64,000 bases of DNA from Flaccisagitta enflata (GCA_965153355.1 OZ231126.1:35278001-35342000), one strand, 5' to 3'; positions 20,072 to 35,394 are shown, numbered from the stretch's first letter. Numbers and translations are program-made. Notes: generated by a model not told the origin, from the sequence alone.

Positions 20072-22597
20072 GTGCGACCACACTTGACTGAGAACACTTG
20101 CCTGACTCAACTTAACTGACCACACCCAACCAACCACTCTCCACCGGCCACTCTCGACCAAAAAAATGTGAGGTTAAACCCCCATTCAAACCCAAACCAA
20201 CCCTGAGCAACCCCGGGGTTACTTGGGGTTGCTCTGGTTTGGCTTGGGGTTGGCTCAGAATTATCTCTAGTAAATAGTTGAAGGATTTCTGTCAACCCCG
20301 AGCAAACCCTGAGAAAACCCTGAACAACCCCGAGCAACCCCAAGCAAACCCCTAGCCTGGGTTGCTCAGGGTTCAATCCCGAGTAACCTGGGGTTTAATC
20401 TCACCCCAAATTACGGGGTGCAACCACACTTCACTAATCACACTTGACCAAATCCACACTCAAATGATCACACTCAACCGATCACAAATGAATCTCCATA
20501 CCATGTATCAACCAAATTGGCTGAAAAATACCTAAGTTATGAATCGCATATTTAGTTGAATCCCGCTCTAACGGATTTCAGAGGATAAACAAAATTATTA
20601 GTTATAAGCGGAATTTTTTTATAGCTTAGGAAATAGGAAGAGGACACGTTGAAGAGACCAAAAATTTGTACCTGTTGTAGGCGGAATTCCATCAAAAGTG
20701 GGTCGGTTGGAGCGGGGTTCAACTCTATATACTGAGTCCTTCCATTTAGAGTCTCCTTACAAAATCTAAACCAAATTGGTAAAAAATGCCGGAGTTATGT
20801 CCATTTTACACTTTTAGGCTGCTAAGCCGCTTAGGTGGTAGGCCGAATGGGCCTGTTAGCATGCTGAAATCTTCACAAATTACACACAAATGTTGTCTTT
20901 TAATTTTGGGCAGCGTCCCAAAGGAAACAAAGTCCTGTAGAACACAGGGGGACTTTTTTTGTTCATTTGTTCATTTGTTTGTTTGTTCGTTTGTTTGTCC
21001 CTCCTCCAAAGCAGCTAAGACCTCAAATCAGGCCTCTCATCTCTTAAAAAGACCTCTCAGGCCTAAAATAAGGACTCCAGGGCCATAAAGCAGCCCTCCC
21101 AGGCTTCAAACACACCTCTCAGGCCTCAAATCAGCCCTCTCAGGCCTCAAATTAGGCCTTTCAGACCTCTTACACCTCAACTAAATGTTCACAGGCCTCA
21201 AAACAGACCTCACAGGCTTCAAATCAGCCCTACCAGACCTCAAATCAGGCTTTGAGTCTCAAATGAGCCCTCCCAGGCTTCAAATCAACACTCTAAGACC
21301 TCTGATAACCTTCTCAGGCCTCTAATCATTCTCTTTTGGCTTCAACTTGCCCTCTCAGCCTTCAGTTCATGGATGGATGGATGGGCGAACTTCCCCTATG
21401 TTCTACAGGACTTTGTTCCCTTAGGGGCAGCTGTGCTACTTCTTCTGCTCAATCCCAGTCTCATGGCCTAAATTCCAGTCTTGAGGCCCAAATCCCATTC
21501 TCAAAGGCCAAATTCCAGCCTTGAGACCCAAATCCCAGCCTTGAGGTCCAAATCCCTGTCAAGAAGGAGAAGAAGAAAATTTTTCATATGTGTGAAAGCA
21601 TAGGTCAGCGACCCCTTTGGGGCCGCTGCCCTGCATCCCCTTCAACTTCAAGCACAACCTATGTAGGCAGGGCACAGGTACCGCTGACCATCTGACGCTT
21701 TTGCAATTATTTTAAGGCTGATACAACACTCAGGGCCATATTTTTTTGCACTCTTTACACTTCACTGAGGCTATATCCTAGAATATTTTTAAAAATTTCA
21801 TTATTTTCCATTAATTTTTGGATGCAGTGAAAGATGTTTTTAAGGCCTTTTTGGGCAGCAGCCCCAAAGGACACAGGGGGGAATTTCAAGACTTCCGTCC
21901 ATCCATCCATACATCCCCCCTTGTCAATCTGGGCCTCAAGTCTGCACTCTCAGGCCTGATTTTGGCCCTCTGAGCCCTCAAATTAGCCCTTTCAGACCTC
22001 AATTTAGCCCTTGAGAGCTCAAATCATCTCTCCAGACCTCATATCTGCCCTCAAGACCTTAAATCAGCCCTCCAGACCTCAAATCCGCCCTCCAGGCCTC
22101 AGTGTGTCCTCCAGGCCTCATGCCTGGCCCCAAACCTCAAATCTACTCTTTTGGAATAAATTCTGCTATCTGGACATCAAATCTGCCTTCATTGACCTCT
22201 ATCAAATTTCTCAGACCTGATTTACCTCAGGACGTCTCAAAATTCACCCCTGTGTCCAACAGGACATTGGCCATTTGATCACTCAATGCCGGGCATTGGG
22301 TACTGCTGACCATGTGCAATACTTGGATGACTAGTTTGTCGTTTTGAGCTCCTTGCACGCCCCCAATTGCATCCACTGGTTGTTTTTTGGCCAAACCCAT
22401 GTCTAGAGTTTACCTTTCTGCTTCTGCTTCTGGTACCTAATTGCAGATCTAGCTACTGAAACTCAAAAACGTTTTTAGCATCAAAATGAGTTTTGAGAAA
22501 GAGCTTTTTTTTTGAAAATAATAAAAAAATATATTTTAGTAAAATTTATATTTGGAATTAAATAAAATTGTAAATCTTCATAACAGGGTGTATAAAA

Positions 22598-22797
22598 AAC
22601 AAGGCCGGATACACGGCTACCAAAGTCGCGTGCGGGTGGGCAGGGGCCATTTTTGAGGTCACCAGACCATTTGGGCAAGAGCAGTGAGGTCAAAGAAATA
22701 AAATCATAAAAAAAAGTAAAGTGTGACGGACCAACCAACAGACCGACAGACCAACCAACGGACAAAGCGGGTTGTAGAGTCGCGTGCACGCGACTAA
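22598..22797 (-). mobile_element. Helentron-associated (DINE-1/HINE-like) repeat family 1, example copy; many copies in 20-64 kb (e.g. 31309-31504, 58337-58522)
   Basis: T-run flanks without TSD, sub-terminal IR AGTCGCGTGC/GCACGCGACT, GTCC/GTCG microsatellite core, 3' hairpin GCCGTGTATCCGGC. Confidence 0.7.
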
Positions 22798-23213
22798 AAA
22801 GAAAATAAGTGAAAGATAAGAAAAGGGAGAACAATAGTCATGGAGGGTATAAACAAAATTTTTAAGTGAAACTGACTGGCTAAGGCAGAAAGAGAGAGAG
22901 AAAAAATAAAGAGAAAAAAAAAATAAAGAGAAAGAAAAAAACAAAGAGAAAACGAAACAATGAGAAAAAAAAACAAAGAGAGAGAAAGAAACAAAAAAAT
23001 AATAAAAGAAAAAAAAATTTAATGATAGAGAAAGACATGCTAAAAATCACTAACAAAGAATAAAAATCCTTTATGAATGTGGTGCTTATTCAAAGTTTGA
23101 TCTTTAATTATTGAAAAATATCCAGTTTCAATCTCTAAATCCATAACTCATAAAAATATAGGTTATGCATGTTTTTGAGCAGCAGCCCCAAAGGTGTCTG
23201 CTTTCACTCATAT

Positions 23214-23455
23214 CACCTTGATCTGGGGGCTGAGAAAAACCCGAGATGAATCTCAGCAGCTTAAATTACATGAAAAGCATACTTCTAGTTGCCCCAGTGG
23301 GATGAAATTTTACATGAAGAATAGAAAGCCGATGGTTTTGCAGAGCTTCAGTTAAAATTTCATCTCACTGGGTTAACTAGAAGTATGCTTTTAAATTAAG
23401 CTATTGAAACACGCTAGATTCATCTCGGGTTTTTCTCAGCCCCCAGATCAAGGTG
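23214..23455. mobile_element. Palindromic MITE with CAC..GTG ends and 5-bp TSD CATAT (Transib-like ends)
   Basis: About 40-bp perfect TIR CACCTTGATCTGGGGGCTGAGAAAAACCCGAGATGAATCT; CATAT on both sides. Confidence 0.85.
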
Positions 23456-25307
23456 CATATGAGGAATTTTCCTTCTTGCATCTTGTTCTTTTTGGGCTGT
23501 GGCCCGGAAGGGGATGAAGTCCTGTAGAACACAGGGGACTTTTGTTTGTCTGTCCGTTTGTCCATTTGTTAGTCCCCCCCAGGCCCTCTCAGACCAAAAA
23601 TCTGCCCTCTCAGGCCTGAAATCTAACCTCTCAGGTCTGAAATCTGCCCTTTCAGGCCTGAAATCTGCCCTCTCAGGCCTGAAATCTGCCCTCTCAGGTC
23701 TGAAATCTACCCTTTCAGGCTATGAATCTGCTCTTTGAGGTATGAAATCAGCCCTCTCTGGACTGAAACCTGTCCTCTCAGATTTCAGGCCTGAGGGGGC
23801 AGATTTCAGACCTTAGAGGTTAGATTTCAGGCCTGAGAGGGCAGATTTCAGGCCTAAGAGGGCCTGGGGAGAGATTGACGGATGGACAGACGGATGAACG
23901 AAAGTCCCCTATGTTCTACAGGACTTTGTCCCCTTCAGGGCCGCTACCCTGCTTCCTCTCAGTTCAATTTACAACCATGCAAAGCAGGGCAACAGGTATC
24001 GCTGACCACATATTGCCATTGGGCGACCTGTTTGTCATCTTCTTTGTATCTCCCCCCCACCTCAAAGTCCATATCCCAACGTCAAGGCCAGAAATTCCAG
24101 TCTTGAGGCCCAAATCCCAACCTGGTGGCCCAAATCCCAGCCTTGATCCCAAATCGCCGCATTGAGGCCCAAATCACAGCGTTGAGGACCAAATCACAGC
24201 AAAGCCAAAAGGCCTAAATCCCGGCCTCAAGGCCTGAATCCCGGCCTCAAGGCCTAAATCCCAGCCTCAAGGCTCAAACATCAGTCCCATGGTCTAAATA
24301 TAAAAAAAAAGCCCAAATTTCAATCCCTGGAAGGCGAAGGAGAAAATTCCCCACTTGTGTTGTTGTTGTTATTTGCCGGGGAGTCTTACCCAGAAGGAAG
24401 GTGTACAGATTTGGCTTCTTCGAGAAGCTATACGGCCACGACATTGGGCTCATGAACTTTTGCCTGTTTGTATTTAGACTCAAGTTCAGGTGTGTCAGGG
24501 TGTCATTGTGTTGTTTTGTATTGTCATACGGTCTACCCTCCCCTCTGAGCTAGCTATTATTCTGGATGGAACATCCAGCGACCCCCTCAAACCCCACCTT
24601 GATGGCAGGTCTTCAAACCTCCCCTTGAAGGACTTGCCAAGAGCGATGCTTGAACCAGCTATCCAGTGGGTGACAAGCGGGCTCCCTACCACTGTGCTAT
24701 TCTCCCCCCCCACTTGTGTGAAAGCATGTGTCATCATCCTCTTGGGGCCACTGCCCTGCTCCCTCCCTCAATTTCAAACACAACCTACTAAGGGAGGGCA
24801 TGGGTATCGCTGGCCATCCAACGCCATAGGCTGATCTCCATATGTAAACCAAATTGGTTGAAAAATGCCTAAGTTACGCGCATTTTTGGGCAGCGGCCCC
24901 AAAGGGGACAAAGTCCTGGAGAACAGAGGGAGAATCTGTCCATTCATCCGTCAGTCTGTAAGTCCATCCTTTCCCCCCCTATCCTCATTGCTTTGTCTCC
25001 TTTGGGGCCTATTCTGACTCAAATTCTGCCAAATAGCCCAAATCCAAGCAATATGGCCCAAATCTATGCAAAATGGCCAAGCATCATGATCCAAATCCTC
25101 TGAGGGCTTTTCACTCGAGACCCTTAAGTGACCCTTGAGTGACCCTTAAGTGACCCTTAAGTGACCCTTAAGGGTCTTGTGTGAAAAGCCCTCTATATTG
25201 GCCACTCAGACCTATATTCTGGCCTTTGATACCTAGATTCTGACCAGATTTCGGTCATTTTGCTCAAATTTGGGCCATTATGCTAGGATTTGGGCTATTT
25301 TGCTTAG

Positions 25308-25646
25308 TGGGGGGGTCGGTATCAACCAACTTTTGAAATGCCAATCGGACATATCAACAGACCATACGCAATCACAAATCAACCTAATAACTAAAAGGAA
25401 AAGTTCATGAGACTTTATCATTTACAGTCGTGCCAACCCTACCTTTCCCATAGTAAAAATATAAGAGCTTCCTCTTCCTCTTCCTTCTCCCTATTCATGA
25501 TAATGTAAATAAGGGGTGTGGCACGACTGTAAATGATATGGTGTTACCCCTTTTTCCTTTCACATGTGTTTATATATTGTTTTTGTGCACACTTTGGCCA
25601 TGTGTCCGACTGGCATTTCCAAAGTTCGTTGTTACCGACCCCCCCA
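25308..25646. mobile_element. MITE with 8-bp TSD TTGCTTAG
   Basis: TIR TGGGGGGGTCGGTA.../...TTACCGACCCCCCCA flanked by duplicated TTGCTTAG. Confidence 0.8.
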
Positions 25647-26190
25647 TTGCTTAGATTTGGACCATGTTAGTTGTTACTTGGATTTGCACTTCTTGGCAGT
25701 ATTTGGGTCAGAATAGGACCCAAATGAGATGGAGCCCTGAGGATGGGGGGGACAAATGGACAAATGGACGGCGGGACTGACAGACAGATTCCCTCTGTGT
25801 TCTACAGGACTTTGGCCACTGCCACTGCCCTGCTACCCCTCCACTAGAATCACACATGACTTAAGCAGGGTATGGGTACCACTGAACAGTTACTGCCTTT
25901 GGGCTGCTATTCACTTTTGAGCCAGATGACATGAAACCCTTAAGTGACCCTAAAGGGTTTCGAGTGAGAAGCCCTCAGGTTGCAGTGGTTAGATCACAAA
26001 ACCCAGATAGGATGTAAAGCGCCTTACCCCAGTACAACCTCCCTCCAAATATGAAGAAAATCGGCCGAAGCATAAAAAGTTATCCATTTTTTTAAAATTA
26101 CAAGCGACAACGACGACAACGACGACAACACCCACCCAACTTGAATACAAAATGATAATCCGTCGCAGACAAAGATATCCGATTGCTAAC

Positions 26191-26261
26191 CTGGTGATCA
26201 TTCTTTTTAGAAACATAGCCCTGAGATGTTGGGTTACAAGCTGCCTACGTTTGTAAAGCAC
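26191..26261 (-). CDS. Probable ABCA exon at the start of the second transmembrane half
   Basis: TTTTTAG|VLYKRRQLVTQHLRAMFLKRMIT|GTTAG resembles the ABCA Q-F-x-A-x-F-x-KR motif. Confidence 0.5.
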
Positions 26262-27327
26262 CTAAAAACAAAGGAAAATCCGTGAAAACAAGCTCTACAA
26301 AGGGCAACAGTCGCGGGCGGTTGGGCAAGGGCAACTGATATGAATTCAAAAAAACAAATTCAAAAAGTAACGCGGGGTCAAAATATCGTTACGGACGCGT
26401 GGGCAGGGGCATCCAACCCAGATCCACACCTAAACTCCCACCCCACACACAAACATACACAAAAAGTATCCATAATGCTCGCATTCCCACTTTTTGCCTC
26501 AATCATTACGGACCAACGGACGAACCGACAGACGGACCGACGGACGGACAAAGCCTCTTATAGAGTTGCGTGTCCGCAACTAAAAAATGTTACAGACATA
26601 CAAATGGATCAACAGACGGACCGACCGACCGACAATTAAGCGCAGAGTTGCGTGTCAATGACTTACAAACGGTCCATTGTGCAATAGTCAATAACTGTAA
26701 AAGCAAATTTCCGCCCCTGCTCCCCCGTCCGCGATCATATTTCGAATTCGTAACCCCACGTTATTTTGCCAGAATAATTTCTGACAGTTTCTATTTCGTC
26801 TGTCCGACCATCTGTCCATACGCCAATTGGTTGGTCATTCCGTCCTTCGGTCAGTCCGCCCATTACGCCTTCGTTTTTTGGCCAAAGTGAGCTCCCAAAC
26901 AGAATTTCACGATCTACAAAGATGTTTTGAGAGCCTTTTTAGTCTGTCGTTTCATCTGTCCGTTCGTCCATTTGTCTCTCCATGTAGGTCACATGTTTAG
27001 CACGGTTGGTCTTGTTTCAAAGATGATTCATCATTTGCAAACCAATTGCAAGAATGTTGTACATTTGACTTTGCGGCTCGAAGATGACTTCGCCGGAATT
27101 TTGACATGGTCATTCCAATGTTTTCGGAAGCCGGCATCTTCAATTTACGAGGAGCTGGTCCAGCACTGTAAGTATTGGCGCAAAACCGGTACGCGGTGAT
27201 AAAGAGGGTCGTAAGGGCAGGTGATGTGAGGCCAAAAAGATTTTCAAAACCCCTATAGTGTAACAGACAGATGAACCACATTTATGTTGAAAGCACAAAC
27301 ACACACAGACACACACACAAACACACA

Positions 27328-27462
<135 letters not shown>

Positions 27463-27520
27463 ACACACACACACACACTGACACACACACACACACACTG
27501 ACACACACACACACACACAC

Positions 27521-28141
27521 TAGTAGGGGCCAGAAAAGTACCATTTTGAGAAAATTAGTGGTGGAAAAAGCGTTTCTGAACCCTTTTTTCGTGCTGAAGC
27601 CAGTGGTGATGGTCCCGAGGCTGTAAAATGATCGGGTACCCCACAACATTTGCCCTGAATGAGCATCCATACAAATTTTCACATATTTCAGCCATTTTCA
27701 ATCATATTTGTGGTGTTTTAACATACTAATCCATAAAAAGATATCAAACCAGTCAACATAACTAGTTCCAAGATGATCTGTGATGTATACAGACACAATC
27801 TATCCATATTTACCTCATTGTTTGAGGCTTAGGAGCCCTGGGGCCCTGTATCGAGCATAAATTGGGAATTTTCGGCGATTTGTTTGGTCATTGTGTTGTT
27901 GCTGTTGTTATTGTTTGTGTTGTTGTAGTTGATGCTGTTGTTTTTGTTGTTGTTGTTTTCGTTGTTGTTGTTGTTGTTGTTTTTGATGTTGTTTTTGTTG
28001 TTGTTGTTGTTGTTTTTGTAAGGGTTGTTGTTGTTTCATTGTTGTTATTTGATATCATTTGATTTTGAACAAATCAATATTTTCCATCTTTACACAGCAT
28101 CTCAGTAATCACAGTGCCTCTCAGTTATGAAGTTGTTTTAG

Positions 28142-28207
<66 letters not shown>

Positions 28208-31200
28208 CCATTATCATTTTATGTTCTCGTTCTTTTCTTCGCCATTGTAATTGTTTTTTATCTCATTCCAAGCGGTCAACTCATCCTTCAATCAGATCAT
28301 TTTTAGTTGCGTGCACGCAACTCTACAACCCGCTTTGTCGGTCCGTCGGTCCGTCACATTTTACTTTTTTATTATACTTTAAGTTATTTCTAGTCATTCT
28401 AAGTCACTCTAAGATATTTTAGGTCACTTAAGTCAAACAGGTCAAAGTAGTCATTTCAGTCATTTTAGGTCTTTTTAAGTCATTTAAAGTCATCTTAAGT
28501 TATTTATGTCTCGCACGCGACTTATAGGTGTTGGCCTTGTTCACTTAAAGTTTTATAAGTTAAAATTTAATCGTATGACAAAAAAAAACAATACACAGAA
28601 ACAGAACTTATTTTTATTTGCTTAATAATCAACTTTTATTTGCTTAATTCAATTCCAAACAAAAACGATATAGTCATATCTTTTCCTACTAAAAACCAAT
28701 CTCGGCTGACTTTTGTCCCAATTCTACAATTTTCGGCTGAAGAATGCGCCACTGCCAACACTCGGTGTGAATCGACTAGTGTCTGGTGTCTAGATTAGAT
28801 CCGACTGGAGTCCGCTCAGTTCAGTGTGTCTTCCACCTGAATCATGACTGAGCTTCGCAATAGAAGGGTTGACCCCTTTCCCCCAGCACCGCCAGCGCCA
28901 GAGCGTCCCAAACCTGCTCAAATTCAATCCCGGAGCTTCAAAATTTACTAAGCATAGGTCATCGGCCCCTTTGGGGCCGCTTCCCCTCTCACCATCACAC
29001 ACCTTCATATACTCACATAGGGGCAACGGGTACCGCTGACCATCTAACGCTTTTGCGAATATTTTACTCTGTCTGTCTGTTCGTTGATCTGTCTCACCAT
29101 ATATATCACATGTATTGCGCCTAATTCAATACACCCAGAGACACAGTCTGGATGCATCGTTAGATATGTTAGATGCGTGCTATGCAAGTTGTTTGTCAGT
29201 CTGTAGATAATACTTAGCAAAGGTGCAGAGAGATGAATACCAGAGGATTTTGATAATAAAATGCTTGTTCTCGGAAAGATGGGTTTTTAGTCGCGTGCTA
29301 CGCGACTCTATACCCCACTTTGTCCGTTCACGGTGGCCACTCGGGGTGGTTCAGGGCTCTCAGGGTGGCTGCTCTGCCTCCTCACACTTATGCATAGCTA
29401 GGCATTGGGTACCGCTGACCACATACATTGCCCTTGGTAATACCAAAAATTGTCTATAACAGATGAAATTTATTAGTCCCTTGGCATCTATTTGCATTAA
29501 AGTGGGGCTCAACTGTACTGATTTAAATAATCAATGATGATAGTCTGAGAGTCGATCATGAGGTCAAATTCAAATTTCAAAGTCGAGGACACGCAACTCT
29601 AAAAGCCACCTTTTGGTCCATTGGTCTGTCGGTCTATTACAAAGTAACTTATTAAGGTTATCCGCTCCTGCCAACCGCAACCGCAACCAAGGCCTGGTTA
29701 GACTGAGACAGCTTGGCTAGCTTTTCACCAGTTGATCAAGCCTGATGTCTAGACATCGATATGCAGCAAAAAAAAGAAAAAGAAAAAAAATTGACCAAGA
29801 GGCTTGACTTACAGTAAGAGGCAGATTTATAAGTTTAGAATGGTATTCTCAGTTGCGTCCACGCAATTCTATATCCCACTTATTTGGTCTGTCTGTCTGT
29901 CAAAATGTACCTGTCCCATGCAATTGGGCTGGGTAAATGCACAAACAGCAATAATTTGTCCCATGCCACCTCACCCAATAAGATAGCACCATTACCAACC
30001 CGACATAATGGAAATAGAAAAATAAACCATCAAGTATCATCACAAATCACGCGATTAACAATCCAAGAACCTGTTACACTATTGTTGCAAATGAACATGA
30101 TAGAAAATGGTGATGTTGATCTAATGATGTATCTTTTTGAACCTACGCAATTTTTAGTTGCTTGTTACGTGACTCTACACCTGCTCTGTCAGTCCGTCGG
30201 TGTGTCATTCCATCCGTCAGTCCGTTGGTCTGTCCATTGGTCGCACATATCTTTTTTTTTTTTTTTTTTTGTGGTTTTTGGCCTGTGCTACTGCCCAAAT
30301 GATCTGGTGACCTCAATTACTGTCCCTGCCCACCCGCACAAAACTGGGGTAGCTGTGGATCCGGCCTTGTTTGTTTTTGTAATATGCTGACGGATTTGGA
30401 TGTTATGGGTGGATGGTTGAATGGACATAGGATCGGATGGACAGATGGATTAACAGATAGATGTACTGACAGAAAAGACAAACAGACATTTGCCAAAGGC
30501 TAGTTGCAAGTTTACAATTCAACAACTGACATTTGCTATTTCAACATGTTACAAGAATACTGACAGGGGCAGAATTGAGATTTAAAACTTTAACATTACA
30601 TACCAATGATCAAATCTATCATGATTGTAGGGTTTGAGGGACAGAGGTACAGGTACGCTGATGGATGGATAGACAGTCAAAGTGTCTAATGGACAGACAG
30701 ACGGATGGATAAAGCTTCTAACAGAGTTGCTAATTTATAACTAAAAGACTCAATTGCCCATTAATGTGTTCTTCAATTTGCAGCATTTTTGGCCCAAATT
30801 ACCAAAGTACCCATAGCATTATGCAGCAACTTGCAGCAACTTACAGCGATTTTTAGTTTTGTTTTATTCATTAATCACCTGTTACATACCGTATCAGAAA
30901 TCACATGAAAAACCCTTAATATTGTGAAAATTAATCACGAATTAAAACTTTTTGTCGTAGAAAGCGGTAAAATTGCAGCGATTTCAATGGGAATTTTGAT
31001 CATTTACATAGATGATAAAGATGCTGGATGCGGGCCATTTTTTCAACATTTTTGGGTCCATCAAACATTTCAGATGGTTGAGAGAGATATTCCACCAGAC
31101 ATTGGTCGCCGTATGGGTGGTGTATCTCTCTTATTTGCCCCTTTGAAGCTCTGCAGTCCCTCCGCTACCATTAGCCCCTGTTCCACCATTGTCGCTTTAT

Positions 31201-31603
31201 TCTGTATTGGTATTTTTTTTTCCTCTCAGTTTAGGTTCCCAGCCTAAACTTACTTTTTGTTCTTCATTGTATTGGTCTTGCCCTGTCTCTTTATTGTGTA
31301 TAGTTTTTTGTCGCGTGCTACGCGACTCTACACCCCGCTTTGTCAGTCCGTCCGTCGGTCTGTTGGTCCGTCGGTCCGTCACACTTTACTTTTTCGGCGT
31401 TAATGGGGTTTTTGGCCTTACTGCTCCTGCCCTAATGCCCCACTGACCTCAATTATGGCCCCTGCCCACCCGCACGCGACTGGGGTAGCCGTGCATCCGC
31501 CCTTCATCGTCTCAATTACTGAATTAGTAAACAGAGAGATGATAAATTTTTAGTCAGGGATTTTTCAGATGTAACACCAGCAACTAACACTTAAAGCAAA
31601 AGC

Positions 31604-31665
<62 letters not shown>

Positions 31666-31865
31666 AAACAACAGCAACAACAACAGCAGTAACAACAGCA
31701 GCAACCAAAACAATATAAAGATCAGCAACAGCATTAACAACAGCTGCATTTCTGAAGATAAGAAAGGGGAAAAATACTGATATTTCAAGAATCAAGGAAC
31801 GATCTCTTTATAGCAACAGCAACAACAACAACAACAGCAGCAACAGCATAGACAACAACAAAAAT

Positions 31866-31929
<64 letters not shown>

Positions 31930-32332
31930 GCATCAACAGCAACAACAACAGTAACAGTAAAAAAAGAAATAAACGGCCAAAAATTCAAAATTTATGCTCG
32001 ATACAGGGCCCCAGGGCTTGAAAAACACACAATTTGATGTAAAAAATGTTTGGAACATGTATGAATATGTATTATACTACTGTCAAAATCAATCAGAGTG
32101 GCTTTGGTGCTTATTTTAAGAGAGAACGACATTAGAACACCACAAATATGTTCGAAAATGGCTCAAATATGTGAAAATTGGTATATATGCTCATTCAGGG
32201 CAAATGTTGTGGGGTACCCGATCATTTCACAGCCTCGGGACCATCACCACTGGCTTCAGCACGAAAAAAGGGTTCAGAAACGCTTTTTCCACCGCTGTTT
32301 TTCTCAAAATGGTACTTTTCTGGACCATACTA
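27521..32332. mobile_element. About 4.8-kb non-autonomous element with long inverted arms, inserted in a (CA)n array
   Basis: 27521-27900 is the reverse complement of about 31975-32332; (GTT)n and (AAC)n tracts mirror each other; (CA)n flanks both sides on the same strand. Confidence 0.75.
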
Positions 32333-32345
32333 ACACACACACACA

Positions 32346-32420
<75 letters not shown>

Positions 32421-32900
32421 ATTGTCAACCCGCTCGTTTTCTGACTAGGAAGTAAACAACAGGGTCAAAATTCGACAGGTCCTTTGTACTTTCTTCCTAC
32501 GACTGGGCTTGTTATCGCGCGCGCAAGAGAGGGGGTCCGTAAGTCACTTTTTAGGACGTTTTTTGGCTATTTGATCTCACTGCTCCTGCCCAAATGCCCT
32601 TGATCTTCTCTATCACGGCCCTTGCACACACGCATGGGACTGGGGTGGCCAACTGGCCATGTATCCGGCCTTGTAACAAGGACAGGTTACTCGCTGAGAT
32701 AAGCCAGCCATCATCAACATTAGGGATCGTATGCATCAAATATCAAAGTGGCCAGTTATTTTAGTAAGGGGATGCTTAATAATCAATAGTCACTTTTTAG
32801 GAAAATCTTTTTGAATTGGCTTAATTAAGTACTTTTAAAAGTAAATGTTCAATGAAATATTATCAAGGTTCATTTTTTATATATATTAGACAATGATTAC

Positions 32901-33116
32901 TAAACAGAAACTGGGTTTAAAAAATTGTTTGTTGCTGTTAACTTCGTTCTGAAGCTTCATAGCTGCGCATAAGTTTTTATGCTCATTAGCCATGAAAACA
33001 TGCAATTGGTAGAAGGGGAGCACAGCAGAGAAAATATTTTTTGAAACCAGAATCAGATAGTATTTGTTCTCTCCTATCATATATATTTGAATCGCGCAGA
33101 GTGATAAAAATAACAC
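32901..33116 (-). CDS. Candidate exon with hydrophobic segments (ABCA-like, order uncertain)
   Basis: TTTAACAG|VLFLSLCAIQIYM...KNIFSAVLPFYQL...FCL|GTAATC, 216 nt open. Confidence 0.35.
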
Positions 33117-33317
33117 CTGTTAAAGGAAAAACGTCACAGCAGCGCTCATATTTAATCTATGAAAAGCTTACTTCTAGTTGGCTCAGTAAGATGAAATTTT
33201 AACTGTATTTGCTTAAACTTTGAGTCAAAGATACTAGGACGTTTCAGCTAAAACTTCAGCTCACTGGGCCAACAAGAAGTATGCTTTTCATAGTTTTGTT
33301 TTAAGTGTTGCTGTGAC

Positions 33318-33637
33318 CAGGCCGGAGCTATATAGCATTTTTGTCAACAATACAATACCAATACAATACTTTCAAGTATTGGGACAATACAATACAATAC
33401 CAATACAATACAATATCCAATAAAACTGTATAGAATATATTATCATTGAATATAATACAATACAATATTCAATCACTTGTATATTTTTAATAATTAGTAT
33501 CAAGTATTGGAAAGTAATCTTTTTCTCTGTTTGTCAGTCTGTCTGTCTGTTTGTTTCTTTCTATCTCTTTTATATTTTCTCTTTCTTTCTCTCTCTCTTT
33601 CTCTTTCTCTCTCTCTTTCTCTCTCTTTCTCTCTCTC

Positions 33638-33677
<40 letters not shown>

Positions 33678-34909
33678 CATAATCTCTCTTCTCTCTCTCT
33701 ATTATGGATTTTTGAACTTCTTCTGTTCCTCCTCTTCATCCTCCTAGCTTCTAGCCACTAAATGTTACTGTCATAGATTCTTATTCTTCCTCTTCCTCTT
33801 TGTATATTCCAACCTACTTAAACTCTCATAAGTTACTCTTCCTCTTCCTCTTTTCGTCCCTCACCCACTTTTGAGCAAATCCTCTTCTTCTCCTTTTGGG
33901 CAGCGGCCCCGAAGGGGCCGATGACCCATGCTTTCACACAGGAGAAATTTCTCCTTCTTCTTCTCCTCCTCCGTCCGTCCACCCCCCTCGAAGCTCATAT
34001 TCTAGCTTAGAGGCTCAAATCCTAGTCTCGAGGCCCAAATTCTAGCCCCAAGGCCCAAATCCCAACTTTGAGGCTCAAATCCCAACCTCACGGCTCAAAT
34101 CCCAACCTCCAGGCTCAAATCTCAACCTTGAGGCTCAAATCCCGCCCTTAAGGATCAAATCCCAACTGAGAATGTCAAATTCCAGCCTCGAGGCTCAGAT
34201 CCCAGCCTCACGGCTCAAATCCCAGCCTCAAGGCTCAAATCCCAGCCTCGAGACTCAAATCCAAGTCTCAAGGCTCAACTCCCAGCCTTGAGGCTCAAAT
34301 CCCAGCTTTCAAGCTCAAATCCCAGCCACGAGGTTCATATCTCAACCTCAAGGCTCAAATCTCAACCTTGAGGCTCAAATCCCAACCTCGAGGCTCAAAT
34401 CCCAACCTCGAGGCTCAAATCCCAACCTTGAGGTTCAAATCCCAACCTCAAGGCTCTAATCCCCACCTTGAGGCTCAAATCCCAACCTTGAGGCTCAAAT
34501 CCTATTATTGATGCTCAATTTCAAGCCTAGATCCTCAAAAATTCCTGAGCACAGGTCATCGGCCCCTCCGGGGCCGCTGCCCCTCTCACTATCACACAAC
34601 ATATACTCACATAGAGGCAAGGGGTACCGCTGACCATCTAACGCTTTTGCGACTGATCTCTTACCTTCTCCATTTCTTTTGTTCTCCCTCAGACCTTTGA
34701 ATGCTTCTCCTCTTACTCCTCATCTCATTCAAGCTTTCTCTCATATATTTCACTCTCCTCAGATCAACTTTTCTATAATATTGTATTATATTGTATAATA
34801 TTGTATTGTATTGAAAAAATTACAAAATAAGCTTTATGTATTGGGAAAACCCAATACACAAGCATATTGTAAACCCAATACCAATACACAATACAATTGC
34901 TCAGGCCTG
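33318..34909. mobile_element. hAT-like non-autonomous element (CAGGCC ends, 8-bp TSD GCTGTGAC) with nested repeat and 21-bp minisatellite
   Basis: TIR CAGGCCGGAGC/GCTCAGGCCTG, duplicated GCTGTGAC, internal CAATA repeats. Confidence 0.8.
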
Positions 34910-35394
34910 GCTGTGACGTTTTCGGTGTTAGTGACCCTCTTCTTTAAAATCCAAGTTGAGAGAATTTCTGTCATTTTCTATGGATTGCGTTCCTTGTTTT
35001 TCATCGCTTTTTTTTACATTTCCTGATAGTTTCAGATGTGATTAAGCAGTTTTCTACCCCTATACATACATATATATATATTTGACTAAAACCCCAGTAA
35101 CCATCAATTAATACATGCACATCAAACTCATAAACGCGCGGAAATCAAGTGTTTTATGACGATAGATTTCATTGACTTGGAGAAGTTACGTAACTGCTTA
35201 CTAGTTATTTCTTAGTCCTGCATGTGTTTCCACAAGGCCGTATACACGGCAGCATTAGTGGCGGACGGGTAGGCAGGAGCGGAAAACCTCGAAAATCAAC
35301 TTTGTGACCGACGGATGGACCGACGGACCGACGGACCGAAAAGTGGCTTATAGAGTCTGCGACTAAAAAATAAAATCATAAGTTACTTATTCAC

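Noticed and set aside
33990-34500. CRISPR-like or coding repeat arrays (21-bp units here and at 51790, 55500, 62520)
   Set aside because: Head-to-tail minisatellites without spacers, in eukaryotic DNA; their ORFs are repeat artefacts.
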